This document shows positions 49,729 through 58,561 of a stretch of 64,000 bases of DNA, piece after piece. The notes beneath the pieces were generated by a model. It was not told the origin of the DNA and ran no database searches. It was given only the letters and a program-made list of their open reading frames with translations. How positions within the stretch are numbered: the first letter of the stretch is position 1; every line of letters begins with the position of its first letter. The stretch is from positions 64,001 to 128,000 of IMG/VR virus record IMGVR_UViG_3300015608_002119; one strand, 5' to 3'. The translations under genes were made by a program, and so were the position numbers. Source of the DNA: a virus (taxonomy: Duplodnaviria > Caudoviricetes).

Positions 49729-50067
49729 ATGAGCGGCGATGGCATCCGATCGAACCAAGCTGTTCCTGGCTCACTGTGGAGGCTCAAACAGCCTGCCTGT
49801 GAAAACCTAAAGCAAGCCCGTGGTATTTTCCGGCGCCCAGCTAGTGAACCCTGGGAACAACAAGGCTGGAACCGCGGCTGGGAGCGGACCGCAGCCATCG
49901 CGCGCTGGAGATATGATATCAGTAGCCGTTGGCTGTTGATCAGTGTCACGTCTTTGGTGTCGTCGGCAGTCTGCGACTGCCAGTTCATGTTACCCAACGG
50001 GCAGTTGACTTTGGTTCGGTTCGACGCCGACACAAACATGGCAGACTGTCTTGAGCTCGTCGAATAA
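49729..50067 (+). CDS. SH3/KOW-like family member (LLPNG subfamily)
   Basis: VPGSLWRLK...WLLI...QFMLPNGQL. Confidence 0.65.
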   Translation: MSGDGIRSNQAVPGSLWRLKQPACENLKQARGIFRRPASEPWEQQGWNRGWERTAAIARWRYDISSRWLLISVTSLVSSAVCDCQFMLPNGQLTLVRFDADTNMADCLELVE

Positions 50068-50389
50068 CACAAAACCAGACCTGACACCGGGTACACTGTG
50101 GCGTCTCAAGGTTTCGTGCTGCAATTACGCCGAAGCAGTCGACTTGATGTGCATGAGCTATGATGCTGTTGATATCCTAAACGGTTGTGGGCAAGTGTGG
50201 ACGTATCGTGCTGGTACGCCATGCATGTTGGTACAAGCTACTATTGTTAAGCAGGATCCCGAGAAGACAAGGTATCAGTTCCTGCTGCCAAATGGCATGC
50301 TAGCAGAAACACATCTCACCAAAGAGCAGTTTGTTGACTGTTTCGACGTCAAACCAATCTCTACAAAGGACGTGACACGTGGGAGCTGA
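50051..50389 (+). CDS. SH3/KOW-like family member (LLPNG subfamily)
   Basis: TPGTLWRLK...AGTPCMLV...YQFLLPNGML. Confidence 0.65.
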   Translation: MSSSNNTKPDLTPGTLWRLKVSCCNYAEAVDLMCMSYDAVDILNGCGQVWTYRAGTPCMLVQATIVKQDPEKTRYQFLLPNGMLAETHLTKEQFVDCFDVKPISTKDVTRGS

Positions 50390-50624
50390 TGGTGGTGTAG
50401 GTTGGGTTGTCCTTCGCGATGGCAAGACCGCAGCGGATCTGCGCGTGCTTCTCAGGCCATGGTGGGACAGCCTGACATATGTTGGCGGCGGTGATTTTGC
50501 CGAGGAATCAAGGGAGGAGTTCATTAGAGGGAGGAGTTCATTAGGAATCACCGGCTCAAGAATGCCATATACGGAGGCTACGGCACTGACAAGGATAGCC
50601 CATCGTTTGCGTACACTGATTTAG
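50379..50624 (+). CDS. hypothetical protein
   Basis: MGADGG start; may be the N-terminal part of a split gene continuing in 50630..51019. Confidence 0.4.
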   Translation: MGADGGVGWVVLRDGKTAADLRVLLRPWWDSLTYVGGGDFAEESREEFIRGRSSLGITGSRMPYTEATALTRIAHRLRTLI

Positions 50625-50629
50625 ATACT

Positions 50630-51019
50630 GTGGCACGGGCCATAGGCGAGTGCCACGACGCTGGCTGTGTTACGTTTAGCGATGTCATCTTGTCGCTTTA
50701 CACGTGTCCTTACTGGGCAACGACCTACGACTGCGACATGCCCGATGACTGGCTCGACGAGTTTTTGAGGCCAGTGCACCACGGCGGCGCCTACTATGGA
50801 GGCTGGGCTTCACATCACTGGCGTTCACGTTTCCTGAAGCAGTTTCAGGCGCTCTCATGGGAAGATGACATCGAACCAAAACTGTTGTCTGGGCCTTTGG
50901 CGTCGTTCTACGCAATGCGAATCGACGACTGGTTCGTTGAATTGTCAAAGACGGTGGAAGGTGCTTGGGTCGACGGGTACTATGTCATCGATGTGGACTA
51001 CAGGGAAACGTGGACATGA
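50630..51019 (+). CDS. hypothetical protein
   Basis: Ends ETWT with ATGA overlap to the next gene. Confidence 0.5.
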   Translation: MARAIGECHDAGCVTFSDVILSLYTCPYWATTYDCDMPDDWLDEFLRPVHHGGAYYGGWASHHWRSRFLKQFQALSWEDDIEPKLLSGPLASFYAMRIDDWFVELSKTVEGAWVDGYYVIDVDYRETWT

Positions 51020-51246
51020 TTACCCCAGGAAAACTGTTCAAGGTCGAGTCCCGTTTTAGCTACAGGAGCGGCGCGCACCGCTACTACAAAATCGAACCAG
51101 GAGAGGTGGTTATGATATTGTCGTGCGTATTGGGCTACGAGTCAGAACGTGAGGTATACGAACAATCCCTCCTGCTACCAAACGGAGACGTCTGCTCGTA
51201 TCTGATCACAGCCAACACGTTCGCAGAGCTGTTCACCCCGTTCTGA
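51016..51246 (+). CDS. SH3/KOW-like family member (LLPNG subfamily)
   Basis: TPGKLFKV...PGEVVMIL...LLLPNGDV. Confidence 0.7.
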   Translation: MITPGKLFKVESRFSYRSGAHRYYKIEPGEVVMILSCVLGYESEREVYEQSLLLPNGDVCSYLITANTFAELFTPF

Positions 51247-51279
51247 TCACAGCTGATATGTTTTCATGGAGACCCAGGC

Positions 51280-51522
51280 GTGAGCGAAGCTGAGACCATT
51301 ATTCCTGGTATACTGCTTATGGTAAAGGCCGGGTTCAGATTCAAGGGCCATGTCCTGTTCGTTGACGACATGATCATGGTGATAGAGCACTTTGAGTCCC
51401 GCAATACCATCTACAATTGCAAGATTTACTACCAAACCATCTTGCTGCCAAATGGTGAAGTCGGTTCCTTTGAGTTAGATGAGAGATCGTTTTGGCATGT
51501 CTTTGAAGCGTGTTCATTCTAA
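51280..51522 (+). CDS. SH3/KOW-like family member (LLPNG subfamily)
   Basis: IPGILL.V...DDMIMVI...ILLPNGEVG. Confidence 0.65.
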   Translation: MSEAETIIPGILLMVKAGFRFKGHVLFVDDMIMVIEHFESRNTIYNCKIYYQTILLPNGEVGSFELDERSFWHVFEACSF

Positions 51523-51558
51523 GCTAAACATCAACAATACAGGCAGTATGAGGGAACC

Positions 51559-51900
51559 TTGTCATTACCAAGCAACGACAGCAACGCCACCATCCAATCC
51601 ATCGACGACTTGGTTGGCAAGATGTATATTGTGCGCCACTACGCGCTGCTGCACGCGCCAGGGGCCATCGAACATGTCACGGCAGGTACACGCTTGCTCT
51701 TGCTGGACATCAACATTGAGTGGCGCGATGTCACCAATGATCTAGATGCGCGTGTGACGGTTTACTTCAAGTTAATGTTGCCGTCGGGCAACATCGCTTG
51801 GTGGATCCACCAGACCATGTTGGAGACAGAGCTGGAGATCAGACATCAAGCGCTTCTGAGATTCTTGGAGTGGGCCGGGCCGATATCGGAACTCGGCTGA
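51559..51900 (+). CDS. SH3/KOW-like family member
   Basis: LVGKMY...AGTRLLLL...LMLPSGNIAW. Confidence 0.65.
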   Translation: MSLPSNDSNATIQSIDDLVGKMYIVRHYALLHAPGAIEHVTAGTRLLLLDINIEWRDVTNDLDARVTVYFKLMLPSGNIAWWIHQTMLETELEIRHQALLRFLEWAGPISELG

Positions 51901-51913
51901 CGTTCGCGTTGGC

Positions 51914-51943
51914 TTGACTTCTAGCCGCGCGGCATGCTAGAGA
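51914..51943 (+). promoter_or_regulatory. sigma70-type early promoter
   Basis: TTGACT-18-TAGAGA with TGC; ATG 7 nt downstream. Confidence 0.6.
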
Positions 51944-51950
51944 TACTGGT

Positions 51951-52390
51951 ATGGCAACCGAATGGCGACAGGTACAGTCACACTATTGGCCAAAGTGGCT
52001 AATCGGCCGTCTGATCAGGCTGAAAGAGGTCGCGCCGTTTGGCGGTACCGTCCGGCTTAAGCCGGACGGCTTAAGCCGGACGGGCAACAAAGCAGCAACC
52101 ACCACAAACCAAGACAAGCTGTCCGGACACACGTTAGCGAACGTACGATAAAACAAGCGGCGGCCGAGAGCGGCTTAACCAACAGCTGCTGTTCGCTCCT
52201 CGTGCTTGGGTATGACAGGAAGGTCGGCAAGCGTCGGCCTGGGCCACGTACGGCGAAGGTCAAGGTAGTAATTGGTGACCGGATCTGGTGGATCGTTGAC
52301 GTGAAGCCCGAACAGTTCGAGTACCTGTTCATGTCCGGCCTACCAGATGACAGCGATGGCGGGAATCCCGCACAGGAAGAAACCGCTTGA
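51951..52390 (+). pseudogene. SH3/KOW-like gene frameshifted by a 14-nt tandem duplication
   Basis: Removing one CGGCTTAAGCCGGA copy (52053-52080) joins LIGRLIRL... to ...LLVLGY...VKVVIGDRIWWI. Confidence 0.8.
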
Positions 52391-52415
52391 CTTGCACAGC
52401 AAGCCACACTACAGT
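52387..52415 (+). promoter_or_regulatory. sigma70-type early promoter
   Basis: TTGACT-17-TACAGT. Confidence 0.7.
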
Positions 52416-52506
52416 ACGAGTCACCAGCAAGGCGGCGCAGCGTAAGCAACATCTATCACCGCCAGCACACACGCAACATCACTCAAGAAAGGGTAATGGT
52501 TTCAAC

Positions 52507-52971
52507 ATGTCCACTTCTCCTCGTTCAATGCACTACCTGTTCATCCGTCATCCCGGCACCACGCACCTTGTCGGGTGCATCGCCTCCTTCCGGGAAGGGA
52601 ACAACCTGTTCCTCGGCCATGCGTTCTGTTCCAGGAACTCGTCCGACACGTTCACGAAGGCCAAGGCCCGTGAGATTGCCGGTGGCCGAGCTCGATCAAG
52701 CTACCAGCGCCTTTGCATCAAGATGAGCCCAGGCGTCAAGGCGCCGCTGGTTCTTCGCGCAATCCTCCTGACGATCATCAACTTCGGGCATGAAGTTGAC
52801 GTGCCGTCCGGGCTTGTTCGTGCATGCGCAGCCAAACTGCGCGAGTACGATATCCGGATCGGGATCACCACGGAAGCTACGTCTCTTCCTCTTCCGGTCA
52901 CCTTTTACGACGGAAAGAGAGGACGGCGAGTACGACGGAGAGAGAGGACGGCGAGCTCGAATACCGACTAA
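52507..52971 (+). CDS. phage hypothetical protein (G.A.C...D.F.K..AR.IA..RA family)
   Basis: LGHAFCS...DTFTKAKAREIAGGRA. Confidence 0.6.
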   Translation: MSTSPRSMHYLFIRHPGTTHLVGCIASFREGNNLFLGHAFCSRNSSDTFTKAKAREIAGGRARSSYQRLCIKMSPGVKAPLVLRAILLTIINFGHEVDVPSGLVRACAAKLREYDIRIGITTEATSLPLPVTFYDGKRGRRVRRRERTASSNTD

Positions 52972-53057
52972 GCTGTAACGGTCGAACGGTTCCGGCCGTC
53001 ACCGGCGCCGTGTCCGCGGAGCTCTCTGACTCGCACATGTACTGACAACATAATGCC

Positions 53058-53357
53058 ATGACTAACAGTGCCGCGGTTCGGTTTGAGGTTGGAGAGCTAT
53101 ATATGCTCTCACCCGACAGTTCGCGTCGCTGCTATTACCTTTACAACAGCCGCCATGGCGACGTCAACGTTAAACGCGGCGAGCCATTCCTGGTGATCGA
53201 ACTTGTAGTCTGGTACGGCGGACCAGCAACGATGGTATGCAATGCTCACGGCGATACTGGTTTGATCGATCTTACCGATGTCGCAAACGATGGGCAGCCA
53301 GCCTTCGTGCCTTGTGTCAGCGAACGACAACAGCAGGCCAGTCGTGTGCAAGCCTAA
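53058..53357 (+). CDS. SH3/KOW-like family member
   Basis: FEVGELY...RGEPFLVIE...VCNAHGDTGLI. Confidence 0.7.
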   Translation: MTNSAAVRFEVGELYMLSPDSSRRCYYLYNSRHGDVNVKRGEPFLVIELVVWYGGPATMVCNAHGDTGLIDLTDVANDGQPAFVPCVSERQQQASRVQA

Positions 53358-53601
53358 TAACATTACAGTCCGGAAGCTGTACATGTTTCCCGTGTTTCCC
53401 ATCACAACCCCACGGCTTCCGTATGCGCTTTATGGCAGCGCCGCTTCCGTTTATCCCGGCGAACCGTTCATGGTGAGTAAGACCAACTGCCAGTATAAGC
53501 ATTTATATACTATGGTTATGGTGTGCAATGTTCGTGGTGAGCTTGGCCTAGTATACCCATTGCCAGATATTGTGCCATACGACATGGCCAGCCAGAAATA
53601 A
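53344..53601 (+). CDS. SH3/KOW-like family member
   Basis: KLYMF...PGEPFMV...VCNVRGELGLV; paralog of 53058. Confidence 0.65.
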   Translation: MCKPNNITVRKLYMFPVFPITTPRLPYALYGSAASVYPGEPFMVSKTNCQYKHLYTMVMVCNVRGELGLVYPLPDIVPYDMASQK

Positions 53602-53606
53602 ACCAC

Positions 53607-53636
53607 TTGACTTCTGTTCGGCGCGCATGGTAGGTT
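53607..53636 (+). promoter_or_regulatory. sigma70-type early promoter
   Basis: TTGACT-18-TAGGTT with TGG; ATG 7 nt downstream. Confidence 0.7.
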
Positions 53637-53643
53637 CTTACAC

Positions 53644-54810
53644 ATGAACCACCAGACGCAGTACGCGCACCCGGCCCTCCTGATCCCGTTCGACGAGCTC
53701 TACGCTGGTCTTGAGGCTTGTGTTGCGGCCGGGGACGTGGATCGTCGGACACCCTCCGATGGCGACGATGATTCGGGCCTCGTTCTCTACAACTACAACG
53801 AGACGTGCCAGTTCGAGCGGCGCTGGAACAAGTACAACTGGCTGGCACGAGGGCTTGTTCTTCGGCCCTCAGAGAAGGAGATTGTCGCCCTCTGTATGCC
53901 CAAGTTCTTCAACGTGACCGAGCCCGAGGCGCCGTCGATCCATAACGGTGACGAGTACGAGGCAACGACGAAGCTCGACGGGAGCTGCGGGATCGGGTTT
54001 CACGACCGGGGCGAATGGCATGTTGCGACCCGCGGCTCGTTCTCGTCCGATCAGGCCGTATGGGCGACGAACTACCTGCGCGCCCATGCCGGTTTCATGG
54101 CGTACCTTGACCCGGACGTGACGTACATCACCGAGATCATCTATCCCGAGAACCGGGTCGTGATCAAGTACGACTTCGCAGACTTGGTGCTGCTTACCGG
54201 GTACAACAGGAAGACTGGCCACGAGCTTGATTACGTATCCGAGCTGGTGCCACTGTCACACCGGATTGGCTGCCGCGTCGCGGATCGTCACTTCTTCTCG
54301 TCCTTGCAGGAGCTTCTGGCTGTTGCGAAGGCGCTCCCTGGTACGCAGGAGGGGTTCGTTCTACGCCTCAAGGGCTCCGGTGACCGGGCCAAGGTGAAGG
54401 GTGACCAATACAAGATCATTCACAAGATGATCTCCCAGGTGACCCCGCTTGGAATCTACGAGCTCATGCTGGAAGGTAAGCCTATCGAGGAGTCCAAGCG
54501 CCTGATTCCGGAGGAGTTTTACGACGACTTCGATACGATCGTCAGACTGCTCGGTGAAAAGGTCGACCGGATCATCGACGGCACGAACGAGCTCGTGCAG
54601 TCCGTGGCGTATATGTCCGACAAGGAGGTTGGGCTGGCGATGAGTACGTTTGGGGAGTTTGGGCAGTACGTGTTCACGGCGCGCAAGAAGGGCCAAGATG
54701 CACTGCGTCTCATCGCCCTCAAGGCAGTCCGTCCGACGGGCAACCGGCTCGACGGGTACCACACCTCGATCGCGATGAACCGGGTCTTTACCTCTTCCTC
54801 GGAAGGGTGA
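53644..54810 (+). CDS. RNA ligase (T4 Rnl1-like)
   Basis: LYNY, ARGLV, PKFFN, KLDGS (motif I), ATRGSF, EIIYPENR.V, EGFV, KVK. Confidence 0.9.
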   Translation: MNHQTQYAHPALLIPFDELYAGLEACVAAGDVDRRTPSDGDDDSGLVLYNYNETCQFERRWNKYNWLARGLVLRPSEKEIVALCMPKFFNVTEPEAPSIHNGDEYEATTKLDGSCGIGFHDRGEWHVATRGSFSSDQAVWATNYLRAHAGFMAYLDPDVTYITEIIYPENRVVIKYDFADLVLLTGYNRKTGHELDYVSELVPLSHRIGCRVADRHFFSSLQELLAVAKALPGTQEGFVLRLKGSGDRAKVKGDQYKIIHKMISQVTPLGIYELMLEGKPIEESKRLIPEEFYDDFDTIVRLLGEKVDRIIDGTNELVQSVAYMSDKEVGLAMSTFGEFGQYVFTARKKGQDALRLIALKAVRPTGNRLDGYHTSIAMNRVFTSSSEG

Positions 54811-55145
54811 GTGGCGCCATGATTCTCGAACCGGGAAAGCTGTATCGGATTAGTCGGCACTTTTGGTACTTGTTCCCGACAAGTGAGCGCGCCGTCGAAT
54901 CATATGTTGCTGTCGCGGATACTGCCGCTGACGCTAGCATTGGTGCGGATTTTGCCTCCCGCAGAATTAAACAGTCAAACAACAAGGTAACCTTCATGAA
55001 CGAAGGAGAAGGCTTCCTTGTTGTTGAGGTGTCTGGCACTCAAGTCAAAGTAATCAACCAAGAAGGGAAGAGTGGCTGGATAAATTTTCCTGCAACTCAG
55101 AGTTGGACCAAAGACACGATCACCGAGATTTCCAGTGACCTTTGA
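54807..55145 (+). CDS. SH3-like variable-loop protein, copy 1
   Basis: EPGKLYRI..FW.LFPT-[variable]-VTF.NEG...VVEV...VKVINQEGKSGWINFPA..W. Confidence 0.85.
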   Translation: MSGAMILEPGKLYRISRHFWYLFPTSERAVESYVAVADTAADASIGADFASRRIKQSNNKVTFMNEGEGFLVVEVSGTQVKVINQEGKSGWINFPATQSWTKDTITEISSDL

Positions 55146-55476
55146 GCCAGGAAAACTCTTCAAGATCAACGAATACTTCTGGTTGCTGTTTCCAACGAAG
55201 GAAACAGCCGCCGCCCGCCCTCTCCCCCGCGCCGGTCATGCCGCCGATGCCGCCTTCGCAGATTCCGCCTCCGCCGTGGGCTGGGCTTCCTATTGGTCGA
55301 AGCAGCTAGATTGCACCGTTTCCTTCATAAGTGAAGGAGACACAATCATGATTGTTGAAGTTTTTGATATTCAAGTCAAAGTAATCAATCAAGAAGGAAA
55401 AGGCGGTTGGATTAATTTTCCTGCCGATAAACCTTGGAACAAAGGCACTATCACCGAGATCTCCAATGATATTTGA
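55135..55476 (+). CDS. SH3-like variable-loop protein, copy 2
   Basis: Same framework; 26-codon GC-rich insert at 55207-55284. Confidence 0.85.
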   Translation: MTFEPGKLFKINEYFWLLFPTKETAAARPLPRAGHAADAAFADSASAVGWASYWSKQLDCTVSFISEGDTIMIVEVFDIQVKVINQEGKGGWINFPADKPWNKGTITEISNDI

Positions 55477-55783
55477 ACCCGGCAAACGATACCGAATTAG
55501 CCGGTACTCATGGTTTCTGTTTCCTTCGTTGGAAACAGCCACCATCCCCTCCAACGCCTGCGCCGCGCGCGTGCTCGGCCCCGCCGCCATGGCTTCCTAT
55601 TGGTCCAAGCAACTAAACTGCGACGTCTCCTTTCTGAATGAAGGAGACGTTATCATGGTTGTTGAAATCACCGGCATTCAAGTAAAAGTAGTCAATCAGG
55701 AAGGACAAAGCGGCTGGATCAACTTTCCGGCCGATGAAGCGTGGACCGAAGATACAATTACTGAGATCTCCAATGATGCTTGA
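55466..55783 (+). CDS. SH3-like variable-loop protein, copy 3
   Basis: Same framework; 18-codon insert at 55538-55591. Confidence 0.85.
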   Translation: MIFEPGKRYRISRYSWFLFPSLETATIPSNACAARVLGPAAMASYWSKQLNCDVSFLNEGDVIMVVEITGIQVKVVNQEGQSGWINFPADEAWTEDTITEISNDA

Positions 55784-56093
55784 GCCCGGAAAGCTCTATA
55801 AGATCAACGAATGGTGCTGGCTCCTGTTCCCTACGAAGAAAGCCGCCGTTATCGGGTCCGGGATCGATCCTGGCCCACGTACGACCATCAACTACTACGT
55901 TTCCTATTGGTCAAAAGAGCTTAACTGCACTGTTTCTTTACTGGATAAGGGAGATATTTTTATGGTTGTCAAGATCTCCAATTATCAAGTTGCAGTAATC
56001 AATCAACAGGGAAAGAGTGGTTGGATTAATTTTCCTGCTGATGAAGAGTGGGCCGGACGCTGCATTGTGGCATGTGACGCGCGCCCACCTTGA
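55773..56093 (+). CDS. SH3-like variable-loop protein, copy 4
   Basis: Same framework; 18-codon insert at 55845-55898. Confidence 0.85.
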   Translation: MMLEPGKLYKINEWCWLLFPTKKAAVIGSGIDPGPRTTINYYVSYWSKELNCTVSLLDKGDIFMVVKISNYQVAVINQQGKSGWINFPADEEWAGRCIVACDARPP

Positions 56094-56113
56094 CAATTCC
56101 GCCGACGTTCGAC

Positions 56114-56143
56114 TTGACTTTGTCGACGCTGCTGTGCTAACAA
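56114..56143 (+). promoter_or_regulatory. sigma70-type early promoter
   Basis: TTGACT-18-TAACAA with TGC; ATG 7 nt downstream. Confidence 0.6.
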
Positions 56144-56150
56144 GAAATCC

Positions 56151-56438
56151 ATGGCAACACATCATACGTGGATCATTACGTCCGATCGTGGCGAAGTTCA
56201 TACCGTCTGGACACGCGACAAGCACGACTGGATCAGCGACTACTCGGACGCGACAGCCGTAGTAGGTGCTTTCGCTACCTTCACGTACGCCAGCCGCATG
56301 CAACACACATACTCGTGCAACGAGGTATGTGCGTCATCAGACGACGGCGCGGCCGAGCATATGGCGCATCAGAACGCGGTCCTTCTTCTCTTGGAGGAAA
56401 ATGGGATTGAACCTGTCGATGTGCGCCGCTCGCCTTAA
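56151..56438 (+). CDS. hypothetical protein
   Basis: ORF between two promoters. Confidence 0.6.
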   Translation: MATHHTWIITSDRGEVHTVWTRDKHDWISDYSDATAVVGAFATFTYASRMQHTYSCNEVCASSDDGAAEHMAHQNAVLLLLEENGIEPVDVRRSP

Positions 56439-56483
56439 TTTCGCTTGACTTCTGGCGGCTCATACAGCAAACTCGGACTTGCT

Positions 56484-57173
56484 ATGGATAAGCTCGTCGT
56501 CGGCCACTTCTCGGACAATCATGGTCAGGTGCCATACCGTGACCTAAACATCGAGCTGCCAGACGTTTGGGTTTGCAGTGGAGACTTCTTTCCGAACAGC
56601 ACGAGAGGCGTTGCAGACCGAGAAGTGGCATTCCAGAGGAGCTGGTATCGCAACAAGGCCAACAGCCTTTACTGGTGGTCGTTCAAGGGTAACGTTTCAC
56701 CAGCTCAGCGGTTTATGGAGTTCTTCGGCGGCGTTCCGGTGCTTGTGGTTCATGGCAACCACGACTTTGCGAACCTCGTGGACCTTTTGCAAGAGGATTG
56801 TTATCCGGCATTCGAGGTTCCGGAGACCGGCATGGACTACGAGGGCCTGCGCTGGGCTGGCGCTAGACATATTCCGTGGATTGCTGGGGAGTGGAACGGA
56901 GAGCTCCGCGCCAATGACATTTCGCGTGTGATGTCTGATGTGTTTGATACAGACCCGGACGTTCTCGTGACGCACGTGCCACCGCACGGGATCTTATCGA
57001 ACATGTACGGCTGTAACGCACTGGCGAACTGCTTTGCTTACCGCACACACAAGATCAAGACGCACATGTTTGGGCACGTGCATGAGCAGGGAGGCCAGAC
57101 CACAACGATTAACGGCGTGCTGCACAGCAACGCGGCCTGCAACCTCAACTACGTGATCATCGAGCGGCCATGA
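56484..57173 (+). CDS. calcineurin-like metallophosphoesterase
   Basis: SDNHG, GDF, GNHD, THVPP, FGHVHE. Confidence 0.9.
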   Translation: MDKLVVGHFSDNHGQVPYRDLNIELPDVWVCSGDFFPNSTRGVADREVAFQRSWYRNKANSLYWWSFKGNVSPAQRFMEFFGGVPVLVVHGNHDFANLVDLLQEDCYPAFEVPETGMDYEGLRWAGARHIPWIAGEWNGELRANDISRVMSDVFDTDPDVLVTHVPPHGILSNMYGCNALANCFAYRTHKIKTHMFGHVHEQGGQTTTINGVLHSNAACNLNYVIIERP

Positions 57174-57553
57174 GTAAACAGAAGACAGAGGCTAAGTTAC
57201 ACAAGTCAATTGAGCAAGAGCTGATTGCGTACTTTCGTGTTGGTGGCATATACAAGTCAGTCGGATCTGCACGCTGGGTCTTGTATGCAAATTCAACCGA
57301 TGTCAACTGGTATCGATTCGTGCTGCACGACGAATTAATTCCGAATGCATGTCGCACACAAGAAACATTTATGGTGCTTGAGGAATGGCGTCATCTAGGC
57401 ACACATGCACGTGCGCCTCCTAGTGGTTCGCTGCGCGTGCTCGCTGGCAATGGCATGACTGGCTACTTGCTGATTGCCGGTGGCGTCACAAAGGCCGGTC
57501 GCAACGGATTGAAACCATGGTCTGACGCTGCTCGGTTTGAGCGCATTGCATGA
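57170..57553 (+). CDS. SH3/KOW-like family member
   Basis: FRVGGIY...ETFMVLE...LRVLAGNGMTGYL. Confidence 0.6.
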   Translation: MSKQKTEAKLHKSIEQELIAYFRVGGIYKSVGSARWVLYANSTDVNWYRFVLHDELIPNACRTQETFMVLEEWRHLGTHARAPPSGSLRVLAGNGMTGYLLIAGGVTKAGRNGLKPWSDAARFERIA

Positions 57554-57580
57554 CCGGCCGGACTGGACAACAATAACCGG

Positions 57581-57609
57581 TTGACTTTAGCATCCCGGCC
57601 TGCTAGACT
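57581..57609 (+). promoter_or_regulatory. sigma70-type early promoter
   Basis: TTGACT-17-TAGACT with TGC. Confidence 0.75.
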
Positions 57610-57647
57610 CCGTCAAGTAGCACTGAACCTCAACACAGGAGCGGCCG

Positions 57648-57914
57648 ATGGAGAATGAGAGCGAGTACAGGTACGTGGTGGAGCTCAACGACGGTGCCCG
57701 GTTCTCGTCGTACACCTTTGACAAGGCGTTCGGTGTCGCTTCGGGGGTGAACCCTCCGCGGCCGATCATCAAGGTGCATCGGATCACTGGCATCGTCAAG
57801 CAGGTATGGCAGCCGTCGAAGGTGCCAGTGCTCGACATCGACTGCCTCGTTCCGACGATCAACGTGAACTCCGAAGGCGAAGAGGAGGACGTGGTTTATG
57901 ACTGCGAGTGCTGA
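57648..57914 (+). CDS. hypothetical protein
   Basis: AGGAG ribosome-binding site; GC3-rich ORF. Confidence 0.65.
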   Translation: MENESEYRYVVELNDGARFSSYTFDKAFGVASGVNPPRPIIKVHRITGIVKQVWQPSKVPVLDIDCLVPTINVNSEGEEEDVVYDCEC

Positions 57915-58296
57915 TGACAGCCTGCGCTGCGCGATCGACCGGGAACGTGAGAGGATGCGCGCGATGGGTCGCGTTCTGATCGAATACTGCAACCTGCCGG
58001 TCACGGGTAACCTGCTGATCAACGGCGGTCTTCGATTGGTTGATGAGCAGACCGGCCGGTACAGGTTTGCCGCGGCGATGGACGAGGGTGAGGCGGCATT
58101 CAAGATCGCCACAACGGCAGCGCTGGCAGAGGAGTACCTGGATTCAGGCCGTGCGAGTGATATGCTTGGTTACGGTGCCATCTATCACCTTGAGAACGCT
58201 GAGTCCATGGTGATGCGGCTTGTCGATGGCATGTGTGGTGATGACACCGATCGGTACCTGAGCGCACTGCACGAGATCCGCCCGCCCGCTGAGTGA
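57898..58296 (+). CDS. hypothetical protein
   Basis: GGAGG ribosome-binding site; coupled ORF. Confidence 0.6.
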   Translation: MTASADDSLRCAIDRERERMRAMGRVLIEYCNLPVTGNLLINGGLRLVDEQTGRYRFAAAMDEGEAAFKIATTAALAEEYLDSGRASDMLGYGAIYHLENAESMVMRLVDGMCGDDTDRYLSALHEIRPPAE

Positions 58297-58559
58297 TCGT
58301 CGTGCCACATAATACCGAGCCAACACCGGTTGCTATCATCAAGCAGCGCTTGGAGCGCGAGCAGATGATTCGGCTGCTAACTGAGCTTGTCAATAGCTCA
58401 AGTGACACGGAGAGCTGCTCTCCTGGTCCTCCAAGCACATATACCTACTGCATACACTGCAAGGGCCGCTGGCCATGCAAGAACACAAGGACGTGTGTTG
58501 TTGGTAAGGCAGCACTGCTGCTTAAGCAGCTGACCGGCCATATGGACAGCACACGCTGA
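58293..58559 (+). CDS. small Cys-containing hypothetical protein
   Basis: YCIHC...C.V..A. Confidence 0.5.
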   Translation: MIVVPHNTEPTPVAIIKQRLEREQMIRLLTELVNSSSDTESCSPGPPSTYTYCIHCKGRWPCKNTRTCVVGKAALLLKQLTGHMDSTR

Positions 58560-58561
58560 TA

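Noticed and set aside
45413-57630. GCACTGAAC and ACTCCGTCAAGT shared, in swapped order, near the promoters at 45438 and 57581
   Set aside because: Only two short occurrences in different order and position; cannot be separated from chance or promoter-module shuffling.
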